NCBI GenBank assembly: GCA_946646575.1
Contig: CAMPCR010000002.1
Coordinates: 1,408-65,407, forward strand
Reading direction: 5' to 3'
Length of the DNA stretch: 64,000 nt
Source of the DNA: an uncultured Verrucomicrobiota bacterium
GTDB taxonomy: Bacteria > Verrucomicrobiota > Verrucomicrobiia > Opitutales > UBA9783
Below, one piece after another: positions 49,610-58,957 of this stretch; the first letter of the stretch is position 1, and every line of letters begins with the position of its first letter. The notes under the pieces were generated by a model. It worked only from the letters and a program-made list of their open reading frames with translations, had not been told where the DNA came from and ran no database searches. The position numbers and the translations under genes were made by a program.

Positions 49610-52018
49610 ATGGCGTTTCCTCCTTCACCTCTTTCGGATGCGGAAGCGCGGCGGCGGTTTCGGGTTGAGATTGACAGGGATTTTTCGGTCACGGCTCCGG
49701 CGGGCGTCGGGAAAACGCACGCGCTGGTCGAGCGCATTGCGACCCTGGCGGAACGACAAACGCAGCGTTTGACGGGATTGGTGGTTATTACTTATACCAA
49801 AAAAGCCGCGAATTCCCTCAAACAGCGCGTGTATGAACGTTTGGAATACAGCGGTGATGGCGTTTGCACGCTGTTAAAACAAAGTTTTTTCGGGACCATC
49901 CACTCCTTTTGTTGGCAACTGATCCAAAAATTCGAAGAAACGCCCTATGAATTGTTAAAAGACGATACCGAGGTAAGGGAACGGTTTTTGGGTTCTTTAA
50001 ATTTGGAAGAACCCGATTTTGCGCGTTTTCAAAATTTGTTTCGTTTTTTGGATGTCGATGAACTCTTGGATGTCGCAAAGGGCGATGGGTCGGCAACCGA
50101 TGATACGGACGACATAACGAACGAAGGCGTCTGCACCGTCGATCCGTCGGAAATTTTCAATTTTCAACCGAAACGAAAAGATCCGCGGGTACTTAAAAAT
50201 ATCGAGGCGACGAAGCGATCGCTTCGGCAATGGTTATCCGTTTATCAAAACACGCAACGGCCGTTGGAGTTGCCTGTGTGCGAAAAAGGCGGGGAAGGTT
50301 TTGTAGATGTTTTTTACGAAACCTTTCGCCCGTTTTATCGGCAATTACATGCGGAAGCAACGGCGTGCGGTCGGTTGTTGCACCAGCGTTATGCCGAATT
50401 TCGGTGCGAACACGGTTATCTGACGTATGATGATTGCATTGTGTTTGCGCAACGTATTTTGGGAACCGATGAGGCAAAAGCGTTCTATCAAAAGAAACCG
50501 CTGTATATTCTCTTGGACGAAGCACAGGACACCGATCGCGCGCAGTTTTGCTTTTTGCAAACGTTGATTTCGCTCCATCCGAACAGCCGCTTTTCAATGG
50601 TCGGCGATCCGCAACAATCCATTTACGGTGCTCGGGCGGATGTTCGGGATTATGCGGAGCTTCATCAATCTCTGGTGCGGTCGAAGCGTTGTGAAGAATT
50701 GGTTTTTTCGGAAACCTTTCGTTGTCCGCCGAAAGTTGTGTCTGCTCTGAATGCACGTTTCCCGAAGATTTTTAACGATCCGAAGCAAGTCAGGTACGTT
50801 CCTTTGCATTCGTCCGTCGGGCATGATGGTTGCGTGAAGGAAATTACGGTTCCGTATGAAAGCGAAGAGGAGAAAATTGCCAAGGAAGATGCGGTTGCGC
50901 TTGAAGCGCGTGTACTGTCGAATTTTTTAACCGTCTATTTACAAGAACATCCGCGCGATTTGTGCGATATTTGTATTTTGTCGCCGCGCAATGACTGGTT
51001 GCGTGAGTTGAAGGTTCCCCTGGAAGCACTCGGTTGGAAACTGCAACTGCATTCGGAGCAGGCGACGGGACGCGACAATGCGCTGTTTTGCAACGCCCTT
51101 GCCGCGATCCACTGCATCAATTTCCCGCAGGATACGTTCGAAGAAGCGGGCTTGCTCCGTGAAACCTTCGGCTGTTCCGATGAAGCTCTCGCGTATGTGT
51201 TTAATTCCGATCGGGTGCGTCGGACAAACGATGCGGAGCCGTTAAAAGACGATTGTTCGGAAGAGTGCGGGCAGGGCGCGTCGGCGACGGACGACCTTTG
51301 CGGCGAGCAACTGGCACATACTTCGGAACGACAGGTAAGCTTTGCGATGCCGACGGATGCGCGTTGCGAAACCCCGTCACGGCATGTCTTACACCTTCCC
51401 ATGAATGTTCACGTAACGGACGATATCAAAGCAACCCAAGACGTACGGCGGCGGTGGCGACAGACGTTGGAAGAAATTTCGGAGCAGTCACTGTGTGTCG
51501 GAACGGTGCGGTTGATTGAATTTTTTAAGGCTTTCGTTTCGCTGATGCCGACGGATGCGTATTTTGAGGAAATTTTACTTGAAGCGGCGTTTCAAACGCA
51601 ACAACTCGGACAGTCTTGGTTGTCGTTGGAACGGCGTTTGCGGGCGCATTTAAACGAGGAAGCCGAAACGGAGGAGGAAATTCAATCGGATGCATTGCAG
51701 GGATTTTCGTGCCACAAAGCGAAGGGGTTGGAATGGAAGACAGTGATTATGCCGTTTTTTGACCGTTCCGTCCGTTATCAAACGCCGCATTATCCCTGTG
51801 CGTATCGCGGTCAAATGTTGTGGAATAAAAAAGATACCGAAGCTTCGGAAATTGATTCCGATCGCCGACGCGAACTGCAACGCTTGTTGTACGTTGCCTG
51901 CACGCGCACAAAGGAGGATTTGTTTTTTATGCGCGATGATGCCTTTTGGAAGTCGGAGACAACATGTCTGTCATGGGGTGAGCTGTATGGTGCGGCAGAG
52001 GAGAGGTGCTCAGTTTAA
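49610..52018 (+). CDS. UvrD/REP superfamily 1 helicase (RecB/AddA-like, no obvious nuclease domain)
   Basis: Contains APAGVGKTHAL (Walker A), YILLDEAQDT, VGDPQQSIYGAR, FRCPPKV, CHKAKGLEW and LLYVACTRTKEDL. Confidence 0.85.
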   Translation: MAFPPSPLSDAEARRRFRVEIDRDFSVTAPAGVGKTHALVERIATLAERQTQRLTGLVVITYTKKAANSLKQRVYERLEYSGDGVCTLLKQSFFGTIHSFCWQLIQKFEETPYELLKDDTEVRERFLGSLNLEEPDFARFQNLFRFLDVDELLDVAKGDGSATDDTDDITNEGVCTVDPSEIFNFQPKRKDPRVLKNIEATKRSLRQWLSVYQNTQRPLELPVCEKGGEGFVDVFYETFRPFYRQLHAEATACGRLLHQRYAEFRCEHGYLTYDDCIVFAQRILGTDEAKAFYQKKPLYILLDEAQDTDRAQFCFLQTLISLHPNSRFSMVGDPQQSIYGARADVRDYAELHQSLVRSKRCEELVFSETFRCPPKVVSALNARFPKIFNDPKQVRYVPLHSSVGHDGCVKEITVPYESEEEKIAKEDAVALEARVLSNFLTVYLQEHPRDLCDICILSPRNDWLRELKVPLEALGWKLQLHSEQATGRDNALFCNALAAIHCINFPQDTFEEAGLLRETFGCSDEALAYVFNSDRVRRTNDAEPLKDDCSEECGQGASATDDLCGEQLAHTSERQVSFAMPTDARCETPSRHVLHLPMNVHVTDDIKATQDVRRRWRQTLEEISEQSLCVGTVRLIEFFKAFVSLMPTDAYFEEILLEAAFQTQQLGQSWLSLERRLRAHLNEEAETEEEIQSDALQGFSCHKAKGLEWKTVIMPFFDRSVRYQTPHYPCAYRGQMLWNKKDTEASEIDSDRRRELQRLLYVACTRTKEDLFFMRDDAFWKSETTCLSWGELYGAAEERCSV

Positions 52019-52066
52019 AAGCATCCGATATTTGCGTTTCGTTGTAAAATTTTTTAAATTACAGCT

Positions 52067-52408
52067 ATGGGTTACGGAAATTTTTTACAAAAGGCGGAAG
52101 CTTTTTGCGGGCAATATGGTTTAACGTTAGCGCAGGCGATGTGTATTTTGTCGGTCATCGTCGGCATTTTGTGTTTTTTGCGACGGTTTTCATTGCGGAG
52201 AGTGCGGCTTTTTTCGTCACACAAACTGAAAATTTTGGAATCGAAATCGCTCGGTAATCGGCAATTTTTGCTGGTCATTTCCTACGAAAGCGAAAAACTT
52301 CTTCTCGGCGTTTATCCGAACGGTATGCGGTTTTTGTGCAAATTGGGTGCCGATAGAGACATTACATCGAAAACGGAGCCTCCGTGTCCGAATGTGTCGA
52401 AACTTTGA
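52067..52408 (+). CDS. FliO-like small membrane protein (orphan)
   Basis: One TM helix (LAQAMCILSVIVGILCFL), then LKILESKSLGNRQFLLVISYESEKLLLGVYPNGMRFLCKL. This mirrors the FliO core pattern as I recall it from E. coli FliO: LKI..S.SLG.R...VVV.V......LGVT.....L.KL. Confidence 0.5.
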   Translation: MGYGNFLQKAEAFCGQYGLTLAQAMCILSVIVGILCFLRRFSLRRVRLFSSHKLKILESKSLGNRQFLLVISYESEKLLLGVYPNGMRFLCKLGADRDITSKTEPPCPNVSKL

Positions 52409-52918
52409 AAGAGCTCCCCGGGATGGAATGCTGTGCCTGCTTCGTTTTTTTAAAAAGATTTCGTGAGCGGAGCACCCTCATGCTCCTGCCCTTTTAAAAG
52501 AGGTTGAAGAAACGGCGGTTGCAGAAGAGTTGTTCTTTTAAGAGCGACGGATGGAACGGTTTTTTTGTTGAAACTCAACGACTTCCGCAGGCAGAAAGGG
52601 AGTTATTTCCAGTGGAGCTTTTTTGTCGTTACGGTCGCATGATTTTATACGGACGGAGGCGGTTGTTTCATTGCTTTCAAATACAGGAGATTGCAGGGGC
52701 ACCCTTTAAAAGGAGTAGGGCGGAACGGAGTTTTCTTTCTTTCTCTTTCTCTCTTTCTCCAACGTACACCCGCACACAACCGAACAACGCTCACGGGTAG
52801 GCACTTCTTCCTATCAGAGTACTTTTTTGTATTTCTTCATATATTTTTATACCTACGCAGGCGGTTGCCCATGGCTCTTAAACAAAAATTTTAAAAAAAA
52901 CACAAAATTTTAAAAAAT

Positions 52919-52947
52919 TTGTAACTTTTGATCCGTCTTATTATAAT
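52919..52947 (+). promoter_or_regulatory. Near-consensus sigma-70-type promoter positioned for a leaderless fbaB mRNA
   Basis: TTGTAA (52919-52924), a 17-nt spacer, then TATAAT (52942-52947). Only 6 nt (agagtc) separate the -10 box from ATG 52954, and there is no Shine-Dalgarno element. Confidence 0.45.
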
Positions 52948-52953
52948 AGAGTC

Positions 52954-54003
52954 ATGAACAAGCACATTGAACGATTTTTGGAGCAGGACGGCGGGCGGCT
53001 GGCAAAGCACGTCTGCAAAACGATTGCGAAAGAGAAATTACAACTGCCGGGGGCGGATTTTATCGAGCGCGTTTGGATGAACAGCGACCGTTCGAACGCC
53101 GTTCTCAATAACATGGCGCGGCTGTATCATCACGGGCGTCTGGGCGGAACGGGCTATTTGTCGATTTTGCCGGTCGATCAGGGCGTGGAACATTCGGCGG
53201 GCGCCAGTTTTGCGCCGAACCCCGATTATTTTGACCCGGAAAACTTGGTGCGCTTGGCAATGGAGGGCGGTTGCAACGCGATTGCGTCCACCTACGGCGT
53301 GTTGTCGGGTGTTTCGCGGAAATATGCGCACAAAATTCCGTTTATCGTTAAACTCAATCACAACGAACTTTTAACCTACCCGAACAAATTCGACCAAATT
53401 TACTTCGCCGACGTGGAGCAGGCGTGGGATATGGGAGCGGTTGCGGTCGGTGCCACGATTTACTTTGGTTCGGAAGAATCGAGTCGTCAAATCGAGGAAA
53501 CGGCGGCGGCATTTGCCCGTGCGCATGAATTGGGATTGGTGACGATTTTGTGGTGTTATTTAAGGAATTCGGCATTTAAAGCCGATAAAAATTACCACAC
53601 GAGCGCGGATATGACGGGGCAGGCGAATCATCTCGGCGCAACGCTCGGCGCGGACATCGTCAAACAAAAGTTGCCGACGAACAACGGCGGGTTTAAGGCG
53701 TTGAATTTCGGCAAAACGCACGAAAAGGTCTATTCGGAACTCACGACCGATCATCCGATCGACCTGACGCGTTACCAGGTGGCGAACGGCTACATGGGGC
53801 GTGTCGGTTTGATTAACTCGGGCGGAGCTTCGGGCGCGGATGATTTTCATGACGCCGTCGAGACCGCGCTGATCAATAAGCGTGCCGGCGGAACGGGGCT
53901 CATTCTGGGACGGAAAGCGTTCCAGCGACCGTTCAAAGAAGGCGTCGAATTGTTGCACGCGGTACAAGACGTCTATTTGGATCCGTCGATTACCGTAGCT
54001 TAG
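52954..54003 (+). CDS. fbaB: Class I fructose-bisphosphate aldolase (FbaB/DhnA type)
   Basis: Near-collinear with E. coli FbaB as I recall it: [66 protein letters not shown] and LINSGGA. Confidence 0.92.
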   Translation: MNKHIERFLEQDGGRLAKHVCKTIAKEKLQLPGADFIERVWMNSDRSNAVLNNMARLYHHGRLGGTGYLSILPVDQGVEHSAGASFAPNPDYFDPENLVRLAMEGGCNAIASTYGVLSGVSRKYAHKIPFIVKLNHNELLTYPNKFDQIYFADVEQAWDMGAVAVGATIYFGSEESSRQIEETAAAFARAHELGLVTILWCYLRNSAFKADKNYHTSADMTGQANHLGATLGADIVKQKLPTNNGGFKALNFGKTHEKVYSELTTDHPIDLTRYQVANGYMGRVGLINSGGASGADDFHDAVETALINKRAGGTGLILGRKAFQRPFKEGVELLHAVQDVYLDPSITVA

Positions 54004-54046
54004 AATTTGTTATTCACAGTTATTCTTGTTTTTCATTGTTATTCGC

Positions 54047-54076
54047 AAAAACGGCTGCCGAAAGGCAGCCGTTTTT
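54047..54076. terminator. Bidirectional intrinsic terminator between the convergent fbaB and 54454..55587 genes
   Basis: aaaaa-cggctgcc-gaaa-ggcagccg-ttttt. This is a perfect 8-bp GC-rich stem with a GAAA tetraloop, an A-run upstream and a T-run downstream. Confidence 0.8.
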
Positions 54077-54453
54077 GCGTGTGTGGGTTCGGGTATTTTC
54101 TCGTCTTTCTTTTTTAACACGGGGATGTCTCGGACGGTGTGTTTGTGGGAAACAGTTATGTTGTATGGTTCCTTAATACGGCATGCATCTCGACCGGCGG
54201 ATCGTGTTGAAGCCGTCAAAAAACACGTTTGAAGTGCAAAACGGCATCGTATTCTTTACTTTGAACGATTCCACAAGAATATCTGTCGTTGGTTGATGTA
54301 TCGGTCTGTTATTAAATCGTCTGAGAATGAAGTGCAAATTTTTTCTACGCAGGTGTCTGATTTGAATGTTGCTTTAAGAGGGACAGTTTGAATGTTGCTT
54401 CTACATGAACCAGCGACTGTCGTTAAATATCCCACAGATGGATCAAAACGCAC

Positions 54454-55587
54454 TTACGGTGTGCCCATTTTGGCTTGTTTGGCATCTATGTGTGGTTTTA
54501 GCACTTCATCTAAGAACCAAATAAGTGTAGGGTCTAAAACTTTCTTTTTCTCCGAAAGCTCATCGCAAAGCGAGTCAAGAGAATCCTTGCACTGGTTTAC
54601 CATTATTTCGGCAACCTGTTTAAAATCGTTTTCACAGTATTGGGTTGGCCAACACCAGGCAAACGCTGAGTGATAATACTGCTGAGCGGTTGTTTCACGA
54701 AAGAGGCGCCGCGCATCATCCGTATATACCCGGGGATCATCTATTTTAACGGGTTTGGTTTCAGCCCACCAATCTCCTTTAAACAAACACTGACGACCCC
54801 AACACTGGACAAAAGCATTATCATTATACCCCACGAAGGCGTCAAAAATCTCCTCTGGTGACAGAGCTTTTGCGCCTTTTCGCGATTTTAAAAATTCATA
54901 CATGTATTTATCCCACACAGGATCCACATTTTCATCCCCTTCCGACGGGCGGGAATTATTGCACAATTCCCACTTCGCTGCCTTTTTGCTGACTCTTTCG
55001 TATCCGCATATCAGCGTACGCAGAACCTCAGAATTGACTTGCCCGACGTAGAGTTCGGGATCCATCATCCGTTTATGCATGGCATGCATCTCACACTCAT
55101 ATTGTTTCTGAAAACGATCGCACACATCGAGTAAGCTCAAAGCCGGTATTATTGATCGGGAAAGCAGTGGCAAATTAGAGGAAGGACTCGAATGTGAAAA
55201 ATAGCAACATGTCTTCCCCCAAAGGTGTTTATTTTTATCGAGGACTGTCTTGAAGTTTGACTCAAGAGTGTCAACCTGAATCGACCCCCCTGTATTGAGG
55301 ATATGGTTGAGCTCTACGTAATCCGTCTTTTCGTTTGATTTTTTATAATCTTCAACAATTTTCATCATCTTATCAGCGCATCCACAACATATCAGTTCTG
55401 CTTTGCGCAGTTCTACAGGGACACGTTTTTTGTCTAGAAAATCGCTCACTTGTTTTGAACAGGCTTCCAGTATTTTGCTCCACACCCGTTCTCGATAATC
55501 CGGATTGTAATCATCACCCCGTGTACAATTCACACCGACCGTCAGTGCCGAAACCAAGAGGAACATGTTCTTTGTAATATTTTTCAT
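54454..55587 (-). CDS. Exported Cys-rich hypothetical protein (377 aa)
   Basis: Signal peptide MKNITKNMFLLVSALTVGVNC. Many Cys and Trp residues are scattered through it (CCGC, CCYF, CWGRQC, WCWPTQYC). AT-rich and adjacent to two tRNA genes. I recognised no family. Confidence 0.7.
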   Translation of the reverse strand: MKNITKNMFLLVSALTVGVNCTRGDDYNPDYRERVWSKILEACSKQVSDFLDKKRVPVELRKAELICCGCADKMMKIVEDYKKSNEKTDYVELNHILNTGGSIQVDTLESNFKTVLDKNKHLWGKTCCYFSHSSPSSNLPLLSRSIIPALSLLDVCDRFQKQYECEMHAMHKRMMDPELYVGQVNSEVLRTLICGYERVSKKAAKWELCNNSRPSEGDENVDPVWDKYMYEFLKSRKGAKALSPEEIFDAFVGYNDNAFVQCWGRQCLFKGDWWAETKPVKIDDPRVYTDDARRLFRETTAQQYYHSAFAWCWPTQYCENDFKQVAEIMVNQCKDSLDSLCDELSEKKKVLDPTLIWFLDEVLKPHIDAKQAKMGTP

Positions 55588-55842
55588 AAACTTTTTCTTT
55601 TAAGGAAAAAAATGTATATTTCTATTTCAAGCAAATTTTTCACAAACTTTCGACCCAAGCGACGGAAACGAATTGAAAAGCAGTCGCATGATCCGAAAAA
55701 TGGGATGGATCATCACGGAAGATGCAGGATGATGTTTGCGGTCGGTTTCGTGTTTTTCTTTGTTCGAACAACCGACGACAGCTTATGCAATCTGTCGTTG
55801 TACCTGCAAACCGAAGCCTCTGAAAAAGGACTACCCCCTCCC

Positions 55843-55918
55843 TGGCGGGGAAAGCGGGACTCGAACCCGCGACCTACGGTTTAGAAAACCGCAGCTCTAT
55901 CCGCTGAGCTACTTCCCC
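55843..55918 (-). tRNA. tRNA-Arg (anticodon TCT)
   Basis: Reverse complement: GGGGAAG-TA-GCTC-AGCGGATA-GAGC-T-GCGGT-TTTCTAA-ACCGT-AGGTC-GCGGG-TTCGAGT-CCCGC-TTTCCCC-G-CCA. Confidence 0.88.
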
Positions 55919-55963
55919 GCAATTTCAACGCCGACATCTCAAAAAAACGCCATCGGCAAAAAC

Positions 55964-56038
55964 TGGTGCCGGGGAGTGGATTTGAACCACCGACCAAAGG
56001 CTTATGAGTCCTCTGCTCTGCCGCTGAGCTACCCCGGC
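55964..56038 (-). tRNA. tRNA with CAT anticodon (elongator Met or lysidine-modified Ile2)
   Basis: Reverse complement: GCCGGGG-TA-GCTC-AGCGGCA-GAGC-A-GAGGA-CTCATAA-GCCTT-TGGTC-GGTGG-TTCAAAT-CCACT-CCCCGGC-A-CCA. The 31:39 pair is an A/G mismatch. The body resembles E. coli ileX as I recall it, so Ile2 is plausible. Confidence 0.85.
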
Positions 56039-56432
56039 GGGCAACAGCTTTATTATTTCCCATGTTGACGGGAGGTCAAGAGAAATGCGGGTTGTTCGGC
56101 GGTGGGGTGTGTTAGTGGAAGCGTATGTTACGTGCGTATTTCAGGAAAGATCCGAAATTTTAAACAAACGGAGCGCTTATGTAGACAGATATGCTCCGAG
56201 TTAGAGGGGTTAAAAAGAAGTTGAAGCACTTATAGAACGATGATAACGGATTTTAAGTCGAGGAGGATGTGCCGAAACCGCCGTTCGCCTGTTCGGCTCC
56301 CTTTTGTTACGAAACGCGCCGTTCCGTTGAACGGGCGATGTTCAACAGTCGCCTTCCTTCAGCATTTTTTGAGCATTTTTCGCAACAACTGCCTGCAAAT
56401 GAGACGCACCTGTCTTCCGAAGTTCTTCGCCC

Positions 56433-57422
56433 TTAGAACAGCGCGCTTGCGGCGGCACCGACTGCCGTAACAGGTCCCGAGTTGGAAACGCTGTTGACGG
56501 CACCGTCGACTTTGTCGAGCGCGGCTTCGGCTTTTTTGTACAGCGAATCATCGGAAATAATCCGTCCCAACGTACTGTGTTCGTTGTTGAGGCGGGCGGA
56601 AAATTCCTTCAAATTCTTCATCATGGTGTTGGAATTTTCCATCAACGTATCGAACGATTGCGAAGTTTTCGGATCGTAAAGTAATTTCCCGACGAGCCCT
56701 TGTCCGCTTTGTACGTCCTTTGCAATATCCGACAGCGATTGGATCATTTCATTGAATTGTTTATAGGCGTGTTCGTCGTAAATCAGCTTCCCGAGCGTAC
56801 CTTGCCCCTCGGCAACATGTTGTGTAATGGTGTTGACGTTTTGGGTGATTTCGGAGCAGTTATCGATGATTTTTGAGAATTTTTCGCGATTGTCGCGGAA
56901 GAAATCGCCGATGTCCCGCAGACCGCCGAAAAGGTTATCGCCGATATCTTTCCCATCGAAATTTGCCAAAATACGATCCAGACGTTCGCCGACGGAACCG
57001 AATTTTTGAAGCACCGCGCCGACGTCGAGCGGGTTTTGGGTTTGGAGCGTTTCGTTCGGTTGCAACGGATTTCGACTGTTCCCGGGAATAATCGCGATGT
57101 AGTTGGCACCGAGCAATCCCGCCATGGAGATGGTGGCGACGGAATCGGACGGGACGGAAAATTTCTTATCGATGCTCAGCGTCGCAACCGCCAAATTGTT
57201 TTGGAGCGAGGCATCAGTAACACTGCCGATGCGGACGCCCGCCAGCCGTACGTCATCGCCGATTTGCAACTGTTTTAAATCGTCAAATGCCGCATATACA
57301 AGGTACGTTTGACGGTCGTCTTTGACGTTTAAGCGGTTCAGTGCCTGATAAACGATAACCGTCAAGGCAGTGCCGAACAGCGTGAAAATCAGAACTTTCA
57401 GGGTTTCAAAGACGTGTTTCAT
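56433..57422 (-). CDS. mlaD: MCE-domain protein (MlaD-like) with an extended helical C-terminus
   Basis: N-terminal TM helix, then the MCE block YLVYAAFDDLKQLQIGDDVRLAGVRIGSVTD...ATLSIDKKFSVPSDSVATISMAGLLGANYIAIIPG. Confidence 0.8.
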   Translation of the reverse strand: MKHVFETLKVLIFTLFGTALTVIVYQALNRLNVKDDRQTYLVYAAFDDLKQLQIGDDVRLAGVRIGSVTDASLQNNLAVATLSIDKKFSVPSDSVATISMAGLLGANYIAIIPGNSRNPLQPNETLQTQNPLDVGAVLQKFGSVGERLDRILANFDGKDIGDNLFGGLRDIGDFFRDNREKFSKIIDNCSEITQNVNTITQHVAEGQGTLGKLIYDEHAYKQFNEMIQSLSDIAKDVQSGQGLVGKLLYDPKTSQSFDTLMENSNTMMKNLKEFSARLNNEHSTLGRIISDDSLYKKAEAALDKVDGAVNSVSNSGPVTAVGAAASALF

Positions 57423-58195
57423 AACAAAAAGGACGGAAATTGCGGATGGTCGAGGTTAATCGTCGGATTGAGAAAGTTTCTAATGAACGCGTTGTCGGCA
57501 TGCAACAACGTTTCGGGCGTATAAATTTCTCCCAGCGTGCCGTTTTGCAGGACACCGATGTGATGACCGATGCTTTTCGCGAGCAAAATATCGTGCGAAG
57601 CGATGACGGTCGTAATTCCGAGGCGGCGGTTGACGGAGCCGATCAGCTCGATGATGGAGGAAGCGGTCAGCAAATCCAGTTCCGACGTCGGTTCGTCGAA
57701 AAGAAGAACGTCGGGTTCCATCAGCAGTCCGCGCGCCAGTGCGACGCGTTTTTTCATGCCGCCCGATAAAGATGAAGGCATTTGTTGTTCGATGCCCTTT
57801 AAATTAAGCATTTCGAGTACCCGTTCAATGCGTGCGGTGATTTCTTTTTCGGAACAAAGGCAGTGTTCACGGAAATAAAGCGCCAAATTATCGAAGATCG
57901 AAAGGGAATTAAACAGCGCGCCGGCTTGAAACACCAGCCCGAGAACGTACTTATTTTTACGCTTCACTTCCTTTAACGGCGTTCCGTTGATGCAAATGTT
58001 CCCCGACGTTACCTCATCCAGCCCGGCGATCAGACGCAACAGCACGCTTTTGCCGGTGCCGCTCGGTCCCATGAGCACAAAAACTTCTTTCGGTTTTACG
58101 GAAAAGTTTAAATCCTTCAGCACGGTTTTCCCGTTAAACACCTTTGTAACGTGTTTTGCTTCAATCCCGACCGGTGTTTGTTTTTCAGCCGTCAT
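57419..58195 (-). CDS. mlaF: ABC ATPase of the Mla-type transporter
   Basis: Contains GPSGTGKSVLL, LSGGMKKRVALARGL and LLFDEPTSELD. A 4-nt overlap with mlaD. Confidence 0.85.
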   Translation of the reverse strand: MTAEKQTPVGIEAKHVTKVFNGKTVLKDLNFSVKPKEVFVLMGPSGTGKSVLLRLIAGLDEVTSGNICINGTPLKEVKRKNKYVLGLVFQAGALFNSLSIFDNLALYFREHCLCSEKEITARIERVLEMLNLKGIEQQMPSSLSGGMKKRVALARGLLMEPDVLLFDEPTSELDLLTASSIIELIGSVNRRLGITTVIASHDILLAKSIGHHIGVLQNGTLGEIYTPETLLHADNAFIRNFLNPTINLDHPQFPSFLL

Positions 58196-58210
58196 TGCAA
58201 AAAAACTTTC

Positions 58211-58957
58211 CTACAGCAGCCATTTGGAGACGAAAAAGTCGCATGTCAAAATCGCGACCATGGTTTGTACGATGGTGCTTGTAACGGAAGCGCCGATTTC
58301 GCGCGGACCGCCGCGGGTACGCAAACCGACGGCACAGCTGACGGCAATGATAATCAACGCAAACAGTTCCGCCTTAATCAGACCGTCGTTGATGCTTTCG
58401 ATATCCACAAATTTTTTCAGACCGCGCCAGTAAATGCTGCCGTTAATACTGATAATATCGACGGAATGCACCACGATCCAACCGCCGACCCAACCGAGAA
58501 TGTTGGAAAAAATCGTCAACAACGGCATCATCAGCAAGCCCCCGAGGAGGCGCGGCATGACCAGCAGGCGCACAGGTGATAAATTCATGGTTTTCAGGGC
58601 ATCGATTTCCTGGTAGACCGCCATGGATGCCAATTCGGCGGTGATCGCCGAGCCGACGCGCCCCGTTAAGAGAAAAGCCGTCATCAATGGTCCGAGTTCG
58701 CGGCACATCGATAATCCGACGATGCTTCCGAGAAAGTTCTGTGCACCCGGTACTTTATTTAAACTGTAGCCCGTTTGCAGTGCCAAAATACCGCCCATGA
58801 ACAAGCTCAGAATGCCGACAATCGGCAGCGTTTGATACCCCATGTTGCAGGCGTGTTGCATGCATCGTCCCCATTGTCGCGGCAAAAAACGCAGTTCGCC
58901 GATCGTTTTGAACAGCAAAACCAATGCGTATTGCCAATCTTCGAGGATTTTCATCAT
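58211..58957 (-). CDS. mlaE: Mla-type ABC permease (MlaE/YrbE family)
   Basis: A 248-aa polytopic membrane protein. It contains GYQTLPIVGILSLFMGGILALQ and GRVGSAITAELASMAVYQEIDALKTM. Confidence 0.85.
   Translation of the reverse strand: MMKILEDWQYALVLLFKTIGELRFLPRQWGRCMQHACNMGYQTLPIVGILSLFMGGILALQTGYSLNKVPGAQNFLGSIVGLSMCRELGPLMTAFLLTGRVGSAITAELASMAVYQEIDALKTMNLSPVRLLVMPRLLGGLLMMPLLTIFSNILGWVGGWIVVHSVDIISINGSIYWRGLKKFVDIESINDGLIKAELFALIIIAVSCAVGLRTRGGPREIGASVTSTIVQTMVAILTCDFFVSKWLL

Noticed and set aside
52409-52918. ORFs 52504..52800 and 52691..52894 in the long fbaB upstream region.
   Set aside because: The sequence is low in complexity and CT- or A/T-rich. The ORFs overlap one another, lack features and have no start context. 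I treat the region as non-coding.
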